This document shows positions 12,842 through 23,571 of a stretch of 64,000 bases of DNA, piece after piece (the stretch's first letter is position 1; the number at the start of each line of letters is the position of its first letter). The stretch is from the NCBI RefSeq assembly GCF_009914755.1, contig NC_060929.1; one strand, given 5' to 3'. Position numbers and translations under genes: made by a program. The notes under the pieces were generated by a model. That model was given only the letters and a program-made list of their open reading frames with translations, was not told the origin of the DNA and made no database searches. The DNA comes from the human T2T-CHM13v2.0 reference genome, Homo sapiens.

Positions 12842-15391
12842 TACTGTGTTAAGCACTTTCCTGTATATTATTTTGTTTAATCCCCCCAATGGGGAAGAGT
12901 CATCATACATATTTTACAGTTAAGAAATCATAGAGGGATAAACAATCACAGCAATGAGTGAACAACATGGTAGGCACCGTGCTGAGCACATTACAGGGAC
13001 TGCCTCAGGCTACATTCACAGCATCCCCATGAAGACCGTGCGCTCATCATCCTGGTATCACAGGTGTGGAAATAAGGTACTAAAGAATTTAACACACTGC
13101 AGTCCACAGCAATAGTGTAACATGCCCACAGTGCAACAGCAAGATGTAACAGAGCTGCAATTCAAACCCACAGTCGTCTGTCTCCGGAGCGCCTGCCCTA
13201 ACCACGATGCTTAGGGGTCGGGAACCTTCCTGCCATAGCCCACATTGCCAAGGCAAGAGGTTCTACAGCTGCAACCCACTGTTCATTCTCACTTTCCAGG
13301 TGAGACAGAACTCTGTGACAACAAACAATACTGGAGAGAAAACAACATAACAATCAAAACGGCAAAAATGCAGAAATAATAGAAAATCCAGATGATCAAC
13401 AAAAGCAGAACTTATCAATTAATACAAGAAGAGCAGCAATCAAAACCCACAGAGCACTCAGGATGACGCTGATGAGTTCCTGATTAGAAAGCCCTGTGGT
13501 TTAAGTGTTCAGGATTTCCAGTTCTTTTCATGGGCATGTGCACAGTAGGAGTTTTGCAAGGTTGCTAAGCAATGCCTGGCAACCAGACTCCAGAGTAGAT
13601 CACTCAACAGGAGTCCTTGGTAACTCTAGTAAGGCAATAAATATTAGTTCATAAAATCCAAATTTTAGATACCCTTAATAACTCATGTCATAGGTTACTA
13701 GTGAGGATCCCTTAGTCATATGCCAGAATGCAGATCTATAATGGCCCATCTTTCACTTTTAAGAACTAAAGACAGACTTGTAGTTTTGAGGTTCATTATT
13801 CCTTTATTAAATACACATCTGCTGAACACCTACTGTGTGCCAGGCACTGTTCTAGACACTAGGGAGGCGGATACTTACAGTTCCCCCAGTGGACTATAAC
13901 CACTAAGAAAACCACTAAGACTATACAAGAATTCTACTTTCATGAAAATGAGGCCCAGAGAGGTAATGTAATCCGTTCAGAGTTGCACAGCACCATGGAG
14001 GCTATACCGGTCCACTGGAGGCGGGTCCACTCAGCTGCTCCTTAGTCTGTCCAGGAGGGCACTGTGTTTCCCTAAAAGGCCACATCACCGTGGTTGACCC
14101 AGAGAGACCCCATGATTCACTAGCTTGTTCCTGTCCTCTAAGCTGGCCCTGAGGGCTGGACAGAGGACTTGGCTGTTGAGCATCTTGGAAAGTCTCTCAC
14201 TTGACCTCAGGACCTCTGTGGTCAAGTGAGGGAAAGCCTATGACATGGTGTCAGTTTTTATTGGGCCCAACCACCGGCAAAGCTAGCCGTCATTTGGAGT
14301 GATGGAGAAAATTAAGTTACCACATTCTCACGTTTCAGCCTTTCGCCCGTTCTCCTTCGCAAACAGGAAATGTTTATTTAAATACAGCAGTCTCCAGCAT
14401 GTTCCAGAGCCAAGTGAAAAACCAAAGATGTCCACTCTTGCCCCCACTCCACCGTTCAGGCCACCCCTCACTGCAGTGAGAAGTGGGCCTCTGCCTGCCT
14501 CTAGACAAGGACGGCAAGATGGGGAGAAGTGGCCCCGTGTGAGAGTTCATTTTCATCTGCCTCCTCTTTTTCCAGGCTGAGATTGTGGTTGGAGAAGAAT
14601 TACATCTGTGGGCTCCTTTTGTAGTCAGAAGGGTAAGTGCAACATCTGTTTACTCTGTGCTCCATGGTAAATGTTTGGTTTCAGGCACCGCCATCCACTT
14701 CCTCTCCTCTCGTCCTCTATCTTTGCTGCACGGATAATAAATTACACTGAATTCTTCTCTGCATTTATTTAGCTTTCTTGTGGGTGTCACCTCCTCATGG
14801 AGGGGGAAAAATTGTCAGTAGTTTATAAAAGACAGAGTTTCTTTTTCTGCGTGATGTTCTGACATTATAGGGAAGATCTTGGAACACAGACCCCCCAATT
14901 CTGATTCTGGCTTAATTATGAACAATTGAGGCCCCATTCCAGGCCTGAAGCAAAGTCCAAATGGTGAGCACATTATCCCCACTCAGGTTTTCCTTAATGT
15001 CATAACACAAGGTTTCAGAAGTCAAAAACATCCAGAGAAGCAATATACACAGACACACACACACACAAATCCCTTCATCAAAGCCTTTTTGGGAGGCAGA
15101 GTACCAAGAATGGAGAACGGAGAAAATGCAGTTTCTTTGTTTTAAAACACAATTTAAACCTTTGAGATCAGAAAACTGGATTTTAGGAAGGTCCTGAGCA
15201 TCTGATGACAGTGCTGACAAAACGTGCCCCATGGCAACATGAACCCTGGGAAGTTCAAAAGGCTCACCAAAGCAAGTTTCCTTCTATCTTTTGCTTACAT
15301 TCTTTACATTGAAGTGCTGGTTTTCTTCTGTATTTGCAATGGTTCTATATACAGTTTCTGGAATGCAGTAGAGGTTCAAGTCATGTTTGTT

Positions 15392-15473
15392 CTCAAACTC
15401 CTAGGCTCAAGCGATCCTCTCACCTCAGCCTCCCAAAGTGCTGGGATAACAGGCATGAGCCACTGCGCCCGGC
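15392..15473 (-). mobile_element. 3'-truncated (tail-less) AluJ/FLAM-like left-arm fragment
   Basis: First ~82 nt of an Alu with no poly-A, flanked by 17-bp direct repeats. Confidence 0.88.
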
Positions 15474-18087
15474 TTCAAGTAATGTTTGTTGAATGAATGA
15501 AGGCAGGAATAAATGAGTGATTCCTCTGAAGAAATCCTTGGCAGAGAGTAAAAATGCCAAATATCCCCCAAGAGTTTTCAGAATTGAAATGTTACATTTG
15601 AGTTGGCTGAGAGAGAGTGTGGTGCAGGACTTTGGTGGTGAAGGACTGTTGGTGGGTTGCCCTGAAACCCTGCAGTGAACCTGACCCAGCTTGCTCCTAC
15701 AGACTGTCCCCCATTCCCAGGGAGGAAGGAGACTAGAATGAGATACCATCGCGGCACCCCCATGCACCCTGGCCAAAGTGGCACCAGTGACCACAACTGA
15801 GGCAGAAGAGACCAGAGATATCAAAGAAGCTCCTGCTCTGCCACTGCCTATTAACGACTGCAGCAGGGGGCCTCTGGGAATGACCAGGACTCCAGTCTCT
15901 GTCCTGTTTCTCCAGTTCTAGAGCTGATGGGTTGCCCTGAGCTGCACAGATCCCCTAAGGAAGATGACTCGGTGGCATGCTGGCATGGGTGCGGTTCCTG
16001 CAGCTCTGGAAAACTTCCTACACACCAGGAGGAGAGGGACTTACTCTTCTTGGTTTCCCAAACATGGAGCACGATTTTGAAGATGCGGAAGATGTAGTTG
16101 CGAGACCCCAAGCAGCAGACCTAACATCAAAGTGAGCTGAACATTTGCAGGGTATACCAGAAGCAGAAGCAACAGCAGCCTATTCTAAGATCCAAGCCCA
16201 GCCAGAACCCTCCCAAGACTGTCTGTTTATAGATCGTGGCCCAAACTGACCCTTGTTCCAAGGATGACCAGGAGAGTGATAACGGTTGTGGGCTTAGGAA
16301 CCAGTCAGGCTTGGATCCAAACACTTCACTAGCTGCACGACCTTGAGTAAATGACAAGATGGCTTAACTGTGAAAGGGAGTAATAAGCATTGCCTATGTA
16401 ACTAACAGGACTGTTGGAGTGATTCAATGAGATAATACATATACACAAATCAAGGCATGAAAAGCATTTATCAAACATTAGCTATAATTATTATTTCACT
16501 AACTCATGTGGCTAGCACTGGTGTGACGAGGAGGGGAACTTAGTTTACAAGTTATAGGTATCTAAAAATACCACTAAAACAAGTTTTTCACTCCTATGGA
16601 CTAACTTAATGTCTGAATTAAGGTGTGAAAACCTGGATTCTAGCCCCTTTATTGCCATCAACTTGCTGTGTTTTCTTGGGCAAGTCATTTTACACTTCCA
16701 AGCCTGGTTTTCGACATGTGTTAATAAAGATTCGGCTCTCACCCTTTAGGATTCTGTGGTTCAACCCAACAAAACAATCACTGCACTTGTGGAAAAACAA
16801 AAAAGTACTGAGCCAAAGGAAAAAGAGAGCACCAGGAATAAGGAAGACAGTTCTGCTGAGTCTCCACCCAGAGATGCACAAAGAAGTGGAAGAGAAGAGG
16901 AGGTGGGGTGATAGGAGGTGACTAGCAGGAATAACACACTCTAGGACAATGCTTGTCATCACTACTCTCTTCCAGCCTGAAGTCAAGAAAGCAGAGTGGA
17001 AGATCCAGGCGCCTACCCCTAAGGCACATGAGGAAGGGGAGAAGAGGGAGAGCAAGACACGGAGGGAATCTACCACACTAGAGCAAACCCTCACCCACTT
17101 CTCGGCTGGGTTCCCAGTAAGGCTTCCCACCCACTCCAGCGTTTCTCCCCCACTCCCTTACCCCACCCCAACTGCGGACTAAGAGGAGCCCACCCCGGAG
17201 TCCAAGTTTTGAATCTGGTCCGAGGATCAAAATGATAAATGTTTCCAAAACGTTGACATATGAAAAGTAAATATTTGGTTGCACAATTGGGGCTAAAACT
17301 AGGGTCAATCCACCCCATTCTCCAAGCGCCTCTCCATTCGCTGCCAAGCCCAGGATCTGAGGCTGAGTGCGGTTTGTAAGATTATAACGCTCGGTCTCAT
17401 TTGAAGGGCTGTCAGCATTTCCATTCTCCGGCCCCTTCGTTCGGGGAGGCATTTATAACCGAGCCATAAAAAATTCACCCGGGGCTGCAACTTGGCATCT
17501 CCCAGACTGCGCTCCAGGCAGAGCGGGTTTTGCGAGCACCCACTCTGAATCTGTCCAGTTCCTCAGAAGTTAAACCTTCACCCACACTCTCAACTTTCCT
17601 TGCAAGGGCAGCCAGAGAGCGGCTGGCCCATTCTGATCTCCAAGCAGGTCAACAGTCTCGGGCCCTCTCTCCCGCCTCCGCGCCTTGACGGCCCATCATC
17701 CTATAGCTTTCTCCTTCGCCCGCCCCCCTTTTTAACGAGCGCAGACCCCTGACCCTCACCCTAAGACCTTGAGGCTGCAGTGCTCTTGCCTCCCCTCGCC
17801 TCTCCTCAGCTACTCCTTGGAAGCTGTCAGCGGGCCCTGCGTCTGGAACCCTCACCCCTGGAGAGGCACTGCTCTTTGCCCATCGCTGGGGGTTTCGAGA
17901 CCTCTCTTTCCAGATCTGACCAAGCCTACAGACCCCCAGCTCGGAGAGTGAGGGATCGTATCCAGGAAGGGATGAGAATAGAGACTGCATCCAGGGAGGC
18001 CGAGGGGAAAGGACGGATCTGGCGCCTGGGGCCCCCTCGGTGGGACCCAGGTGGGTGGCCCGCGTGGGGTGGGGCAGGGGTACTCAC

Positions 18088-18284
18088 AGGCGCTCAGCGT
18101 TGCGGGGGATGCCCCGAGGAACCGCGCGGAGGCCCAGCCCGTGGCAGTCCACGCTGGCAGCGGAGCAGGTACACTTGGTGGGGCAGGCGACGGCTGGAGG
18201 CCCACTCAGGACGCTCGCCAGCGCCAAGGCCAGCGCCAGGCGGGCGCGCACGGCGGCGCCGACCCCTGCCCACCCGGGGGCCAT
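18088..18284 (-). CDS. SLIT3: Slit guidance ligand 3, coding part of exon 1 (197 nt; signal peptide plus N-terminal LRR cysteine cap)
   Basis: Translation [66 protein letters not shown] matches the SLIT3 N-terminus as I recall it, with a hydrophobic signal peptide and the CPxxCxCxxxxVxC LRRNT motif. Strong Kozak context (CACC-ATG-G) and an in-frame upstream TAA at 18393-18395. Canonical donor CT|GTGAGT (plus strand 'actcac' 18082-18087), phase 2. Confidence 0.97.
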
Positions 18285-18714
18285 GGTGTGCAGGGCCCCG
18301 CTCCTGGAGGAGGCTGCCTCTGCGGGGCAAGACGCGTGGAGCCCGAGGAGGCGCGCGGGGAGCGCGGGCGGCCTGGGGAGCGGGCGGCGGAGTTAGCGCG
18401 GAGGAGGGGCGAGCTCGGTGCTCAGGCGCACGGGGCGCGGGCGGAGCGGGGCGCTCCGGGCGGCGGCGGCGGCAGCAACAGCAGCTCCATCGGCGGGGCC
18501 GGCGCTGCCCCGCTGCGCATCGCTGGGAGTGCCCAGGTGCGGAGCGCCCCCTGGCCCCGCTGGCCCGCGGGCCGGGTTGGGGACCTGGGGCGAGCGCAAT
18601 GGGGCGTGGCGCCCGGGGAGGTCCGGCTTGGGGCTGGGCTGGGGAGCGCGGCGGCTGCGGCTGGGGCACGGGGCGGCCGGGTGAGCTGGCCGGCGCTCGC
18701 TCTCTCCATTCAGT
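18285..18714 (-). other. SLIT3: SLIT3 exon 1 GC-rich 5' UTR (approximate)
   Basis: Lies between the Inr-like element (A at 18714) and the main ATG; very GC/CpG rich; contains uATGs and a CTG/CCG triplet tract. The TSS is inferred. Confidence 0.7.
18459..18486. repeat. Short (CGG)n-(CAG/CAA)n triplet tract in the 5' UTR
   Basis: Plus strand ggcggcggcggcggcagcaacagcagc. Confidence 0.8.
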
Positions 18715-18795
18715 GAGCACGGCAGACACCGGAGACGCGGGGCCCACCCCTCCGGCCCCCCCCCACCAAGAAACGCCAACTCCGCCTCCCATTGG
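18712..18795 (-). promoter_or_regulatory. TATA-less core promoter: Inr-like CTCACT, GC-rich boxes, CCAAT box
   Basis: Minus strand CTCA(+1)CT at 18717-18712 fits BBCABW. Minus strand AGCCAAT (plus 'attgg' 18791-18795) sits about 80 nt upstream, next to GGGAGGCGGAG (Sp/KLF-like). Confidence 0.65.
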
Positions 18796-19797
18796 CTGCG
18801 CCGCGCGTCATGTCGACTAAGTTGGGAACTTTGCTGGAGCGACCGAGAGCCTGGAGGGAGGAGGCAGTAGAGGAGGGAGAGAGAAGGAACCAGGGAAGGA
18901 AAGGGGCTCGGCCAGCAGGGCCCCTGGAAAGAAACACTGAAACTCATTCACTGTTAAGATCCAAGGACGGATAAGGCTCCTGACACTTTTTTTTTTTTAA
19001 TTTTTGCACTGAGCTGAGCACTCTACTCATATTCTTTACTTAAGTCCACGATCTTCCAAGGGGTCGTCTGAAAACAGCTCAGAGAAGTGAAGCGACTTGC
19101 TGGAGGTCGCACAGCTGCTAGGGACGCCAAACCATGGCAGTGTCGCCCACGAAGCCGCTTCCCTACCGCACCTAGTACTCATGGCAGAGATCCACAATTT
19201 TGCCTGAAGAGCCTTGGTTGACACCAATGTACTCCACAGCTACACACACACACACACCGTGGTCCATGTTGTTGAGGTCACTGCTGGCAAACCTTACCCG
19301 GAAACTTGCCCTGCTTTGCCCAGACCCAGCGCTTGGTGGACTGGTAAAAGTAGTGATGGCAGCGACTTGGACCCCTGGATTGACAATGCCTTGTTCCATC
19401 CTCGGGTTTCTGCTTCCTGACTGGGTGACTCTGGGCCAATCGTGTCATCTCTGAGCCTTCGTTTTCTCAAATCCGGGGCCACAGTCCTACCTGGCCTCAC
19501 CTCCCTGGGTTGTTTGGAGCATCACAGAAGAGAACGTGTTTTTGCAAAAGTCATTCGCAGACGAGGCATCCCTTCTGTCCCCAGCGCCTTCTTTCTTCCA
19601 GCGCCCGCTTTAAATTGGCTAGGTCTGAGCTTTTCCAGATGCCAGTGGGGAGGGGCGTGTGCGTTAGAGGCTCCATAAATACTTGTAGGAATGATTTTGT
19701 TTGTTTGTTTGAAAGGAAAGGGCAGGAACTGGAGGAAGTATTGCCCAGATTTCCTTGAGGTCCCCTCACACTGAGAAGGCCTGAATGAGCCCTGCAT

Positions 19798-19932
19798 ATA
19801 TATACACACACACTGGTGCCTACGTATTCACAGCCACGCACACACTCTCACATACTCAGGCTCACACACACCCATTTATACACCGGCAATCACACACACG
19901 TGTACATGCATGCTCGCACACACACTCACATA
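19798..19932. repeat. Degenerate (CA)n-rich tract
   Basis: Interrupted CA/TA repeats. Confidence 0.7.
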
Positions 19933-20122
19933 GTGACAACTATACTCCTGAGAGCGCTTCTCTTTTCTTTCATAAGAATACTATTCTGATTTCTTCTACC
20001 TCATTTTCCTTCAAGGAAACTTTCAACTACTTGACCACATCCTGTGAATATATAGTAGAGTTGTAGATTTTATTGTATTATACTTAGCAGATTTTCAAAG
20101 TCTTAGCTTTGGGCACCCACTT

Positions 20123-20177
20123 GCGCGCGCGTACACACAAACACACACATACGCACACTCACTCAAACACACACACT
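20123..20177. repeat. (GC)n-(CA)n alternating purine-pyrimidine tract
   Basis: gcgcgcgcgtacacacaaacacacatacgcacac... Confidence 0.75.
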
Positions 20178-20261
20178 CGAGTCCCTTCATCATTCATAAA
20201 CACATTAGGTGCAATTTACTGCTGTTATTCTTGGGAACGGCTTTCTGTACAGATGCTGTTG

Positions 20262-20280
20262 TTATCGCCCCCTGGTGGCT
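20262..20280 (-). promoter_or_regulatory. CTCF consensus motif
   Basis: Minus strand AGCCACCAGGGGGCGATAA closely matches the CTCF core CCACCAGGGGGCG. Confidence 0.7.
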
Positions 20281-21451
20281 GGCGAGGGTCTATGCTCCGG
20301 TCTTCAGGGTGACTTCGGTATTTAAGAACTCTAAACATCCTTTTATCCCTTTGCTCTGAAGCTTTCCTCCAAACCTTGAACCAATTTAGTACCAGGACTG
20401 AGGCAGATGAGAGAACCGGGCAAGGGCCCAAGGGCACAAAGCGTCTCAGACTGTCTGGAGCAGAAAACAGTACGGTTTTCTTTGTTTTCCCAAATGCATG
20501 CTAGAGCATGTTTTGCAATCCCTTCGGGCTGGTCCTGGATCTGTGCTCTGAGCGCAGTGGGGGACTGCGTTTTCCATTTAAGCTGCTCAGGGGGGTTTCA
20601 TGAGCCAGACTGTATCTTTAAGGGACTTTATAGGCATTCAAGTGTGACTTTTCCTGGGAGAAGCCCCTTAGAACAGATGGTGAGGATTTCCTTCAGAGTC
20701 AATCATCCCCAAGGAGGAGGCAAGTGGGAAATACAGGAGGGGCCCAGAACACCAGGATACACAGAATCATGGAGTGTTTGGGCTGGTACAGCCTTAGAAA
20801 TCACCTAATCCAACATTTCTACAAGTGCCTTCTGATGACTACTGATTCCACATGTTTCATCATGGAGGAGAAAAAAGTCTCCTTGGGCAAAGACAGATTG
20901 AGAAATGCTACTCACCTTCACCCCTCTTGGAGAATTGCATCACAGATGAGTGTTTTTAAGTTCCTGAGAAGTCCTGCAGTAAGGAAACCTGTTTAAGGCT
21001 TATTTAACCCAGTTTCTCAGTATAGAGGACCACTTTTCATGTAAACTGCAAATTCTCTTGGAACATACTTTGAGAACCCAAATATAGTTCAACTCTTGTA
21101 TTTTACGAACAAGGAAGCTGAGTTTCAGAGAAAGGCGGGCATTTATGTAGGGTCACCTAGCTAATTAGTGAAATAACCAGAGCCAGGACTCCGGGCTTCC
21201 AATGCTGAAGATGTGGCTCTGTCCACTTCCTCAGCTGATTCTGGGGCATCTGCAGAAGGCGGTAGCCACCCCATGGAGGAATTACCCTCCTTGGAGAAGA
21301 CTGGGTAAATCACTAGGAGGTCAGGCTATTGTTTAGAACTTTCTATGTCCAAGGGCCAGAGGTGGCTTTACACTCTGTGGTGTCATTTTTAGAGTTGCAT
21401 AAAAGTCCCTGGACACTTTTGAATTTTCCCCTTTACTTTTCCATAGGCTTT

Positions 21452-21586
21452 TCAAAAGCAAACTACTCGCCCATTCCTGCAGGAAACCCCATCTCAAACT
21501 TTCTCCTCAACCTGTGTTTCTCAAAAGCAAACTACTCACCCATTCCTGCAAGAAACCCCATCTCAAACTTTCTCGTCAACCTGTGT
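21452..21586. repeat. 69-bp tandem duplication (2 copies)
   Basis: Copies start at 21452 and 21521; 3 mismatches in 66 aligned bases. Confidence 0.95.
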
Positions 21587-22899
21587 ATATTTCCCTGTGT
21601 GAGATACTACCCTTCATGTGGCCACCACAGTCAGCGGAGGTTTTCTGTTTCCAACCAGCCAGACTAACCATTTGTGCTCATCGTTCTCCAATGAATTCTC
21701 CAGATCTACTCTCTGCCCACTGTCGGAGGCAGTTCTGTTCCTCAGAACAAACAAAAAACTTTACCTTATTGAATTTCCCCAAAAAATGACTTTTAAAGAA
21801 AGCCATGGATAGCACACAGAATCTACAGAAAAAAATGAAGATGGAGGCTTCAACAAAGACAAGACCCAAGGCAGGATCTAGGTGCCAAGCTCAAGATTTC
21901 CAAATTCCCAGGAGGGAGCAATTGATGGTCCTGACTTGAGTCACGTGATCACCCTTTTGGCCAGAGAAGACAAGAACTATGGGTGACAGTTTTATGGAGA
22001 CTGCACTCAGCTGGGCAGGTAGGAGTCCTTCTCTCAAAGGAAAACCCAGAAGCTATTAGCTGAAAAGTGGGTGGGAGTATTGAGAAGTCAAAACAGCTCA
22101 AAGAATTTTCCCTCTCTCACACACCACAGCCATTTAATTCTTCAGTTCTGTTCATTCTTCCCCATGACCATCTCTTCAATGTATCCCCTCTTCATCTCTG
22201 GTTCTCCTGCTATTGTTCAGATCCTAGTTTCATGCATAGGTATTGCTCATTGGCCCCCACATAATTTCTCTAACTTTATTTCTTAGTTTTTTGCTTCACC
22301 AATCCGTCCTTTGCCCTGATGATCCAAGGATCTTAAATACAGACCTGACAATGCAATTTTGAACTCTGGAGTTGTTTTCTGCTTCTTCCACCTCATCTGC
22401 CACCACTCCTCCACATCCACTCAATACCCGTCCCAGAACATCCTTTCCTGCTCTCCTGTCTGTCTACCCCAGAGTCCATGTAGCAGCCGAATCCTCCAGT
22501 TTAGAAGCGGAATCCTCTGGACTTGTTGGTCCAGACTATTAGGTTCTTGAAGATAGTGACCCTGTGTAATCCAATTTTTTCAAACTTGTATTATAAAAAG
22601 TTTCAGGCATATAGAGATGTCTAATCAAGTTTTGTAATCTTGATATCTAGAGGTGCAAATCTTGATATCTTGATGATGAATAAATGAATACATGAATGAA
22701 TGAATAAACAAATGAATGATCTTCTCAATCAGCCAGCTTATTTGACATTCTCCTATTGTATTTTTATTCAGTTTAATCAGTGTTAGTCAATCTTTTGGGG
22801 GAGGGTGTGGTTACATTCTTCTAGAATGCTCTTGCAAATGATACACATTCGCCACCCCCAATTCTGATATATTTGCTTCACCCCATCAGGACTAACAAT

Positions 22900-23245
22900 T
22901 TCTGCTCATTATTCTCCAGTGGACTCTTCAGATCCACTCTCTGCCAACTGTCAGAGGCAGTACTGTTCCCCAGGAAACTAACCTTTATAGACTGCATCAC
23001 CTGAACTCCCTTGGATCCAGCCATATGGGGAACTAGCTCAGAGAGCTAGAGGAGAGAGGCCAAGGCTTCCTCCACAGGACTGCAGTTTGTCAGTGGCTGC
23101 CTTTCCCTATTGAAGGTCATAGTTCGTGTTCAGCAGCTGTCTTCTACAGCTATGGGTCTCCTTGGAAACCACTGCCGTCTCACTATGCCTTTAGAGGACA
23201 GGAGTGGAAATAGCTTTCCACTGCTGCTAAACTTTGGGCAGTCCC
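22900..23245 (+). mobile_element. ERVL LTR41-like fragment
   Basis: 'cagatccactctctgcc...ccccaggaaactaacctttatagactgcatcacc...ctcccttg' resembles the LTR41 5' part. Confidence 0.5.
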
Positions 23246-23259
23246 CATCCCTGGTTGAT

Positions 23260-23571
23260 TTCTTTTCTTTTCTTTTTTGTTTTTTTTTTTTTGAGATGGA
23301 GTCTCGCTTTGTCGCCCAGGCTAGAGTGCAGTGGTGCAATCTCGGCTCAATGCAGCCTCTGCCTCCCAGGTTCAAGCAATTCTCTGCCTCTGCCTCCCAA
23401 GTTGCTGGGATTACAGGCACCAGCCACCACGCCTGGCTAATTTTTGTATTTTTAGTAGAGATGAGGTTTTGCCATCTTGGCCAGGCTGGTCTTGAACTCC
23501 TGACCTCGTGATCCACCCACCTGAGCCTCCCAAAGTGTTGCAATTACAGGTGTGAGCCACAGCTCCCGGCC
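23260..23571 (-). mobile_element. AluS-type SINE
   Basis: Full antisense dimer with T-rich tail; source of the Alu-derived ORFs at 23110-23543. Confidence 0.95.

Larger units (their letters stand above)
17330..18920. promoter_or_regulatory. CpG island / SLIT3 promoter
   Basis: Dense undepleted CpG and very high GC, strongest at ~17990-18860, against CpG-poor flanks; overlaps exon 1. Confidence 0.92.

Noticed and set aside
13988-13999. CAGCACCATGGA, resembling a REST/RE1 site
   Set aside because: Only the left part matches; the right half (CAGCGCC) is absent and it sits at a MIR edge.
17649-18974. Many long overlapping ORFs (up to 346 aa) around exon 1
   Set aside because: Stop-codon scarcity in a CpG island; Arg/Gly/Pro/Ala-rich with no domain. 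Only the SLIT3 frame and the uORF are retained.
23110-23543. 133-137 aa ORFs, and similar ORFs at 45390, 50088, 54714 and 55160
   Set aside because: Alu-derived translations.
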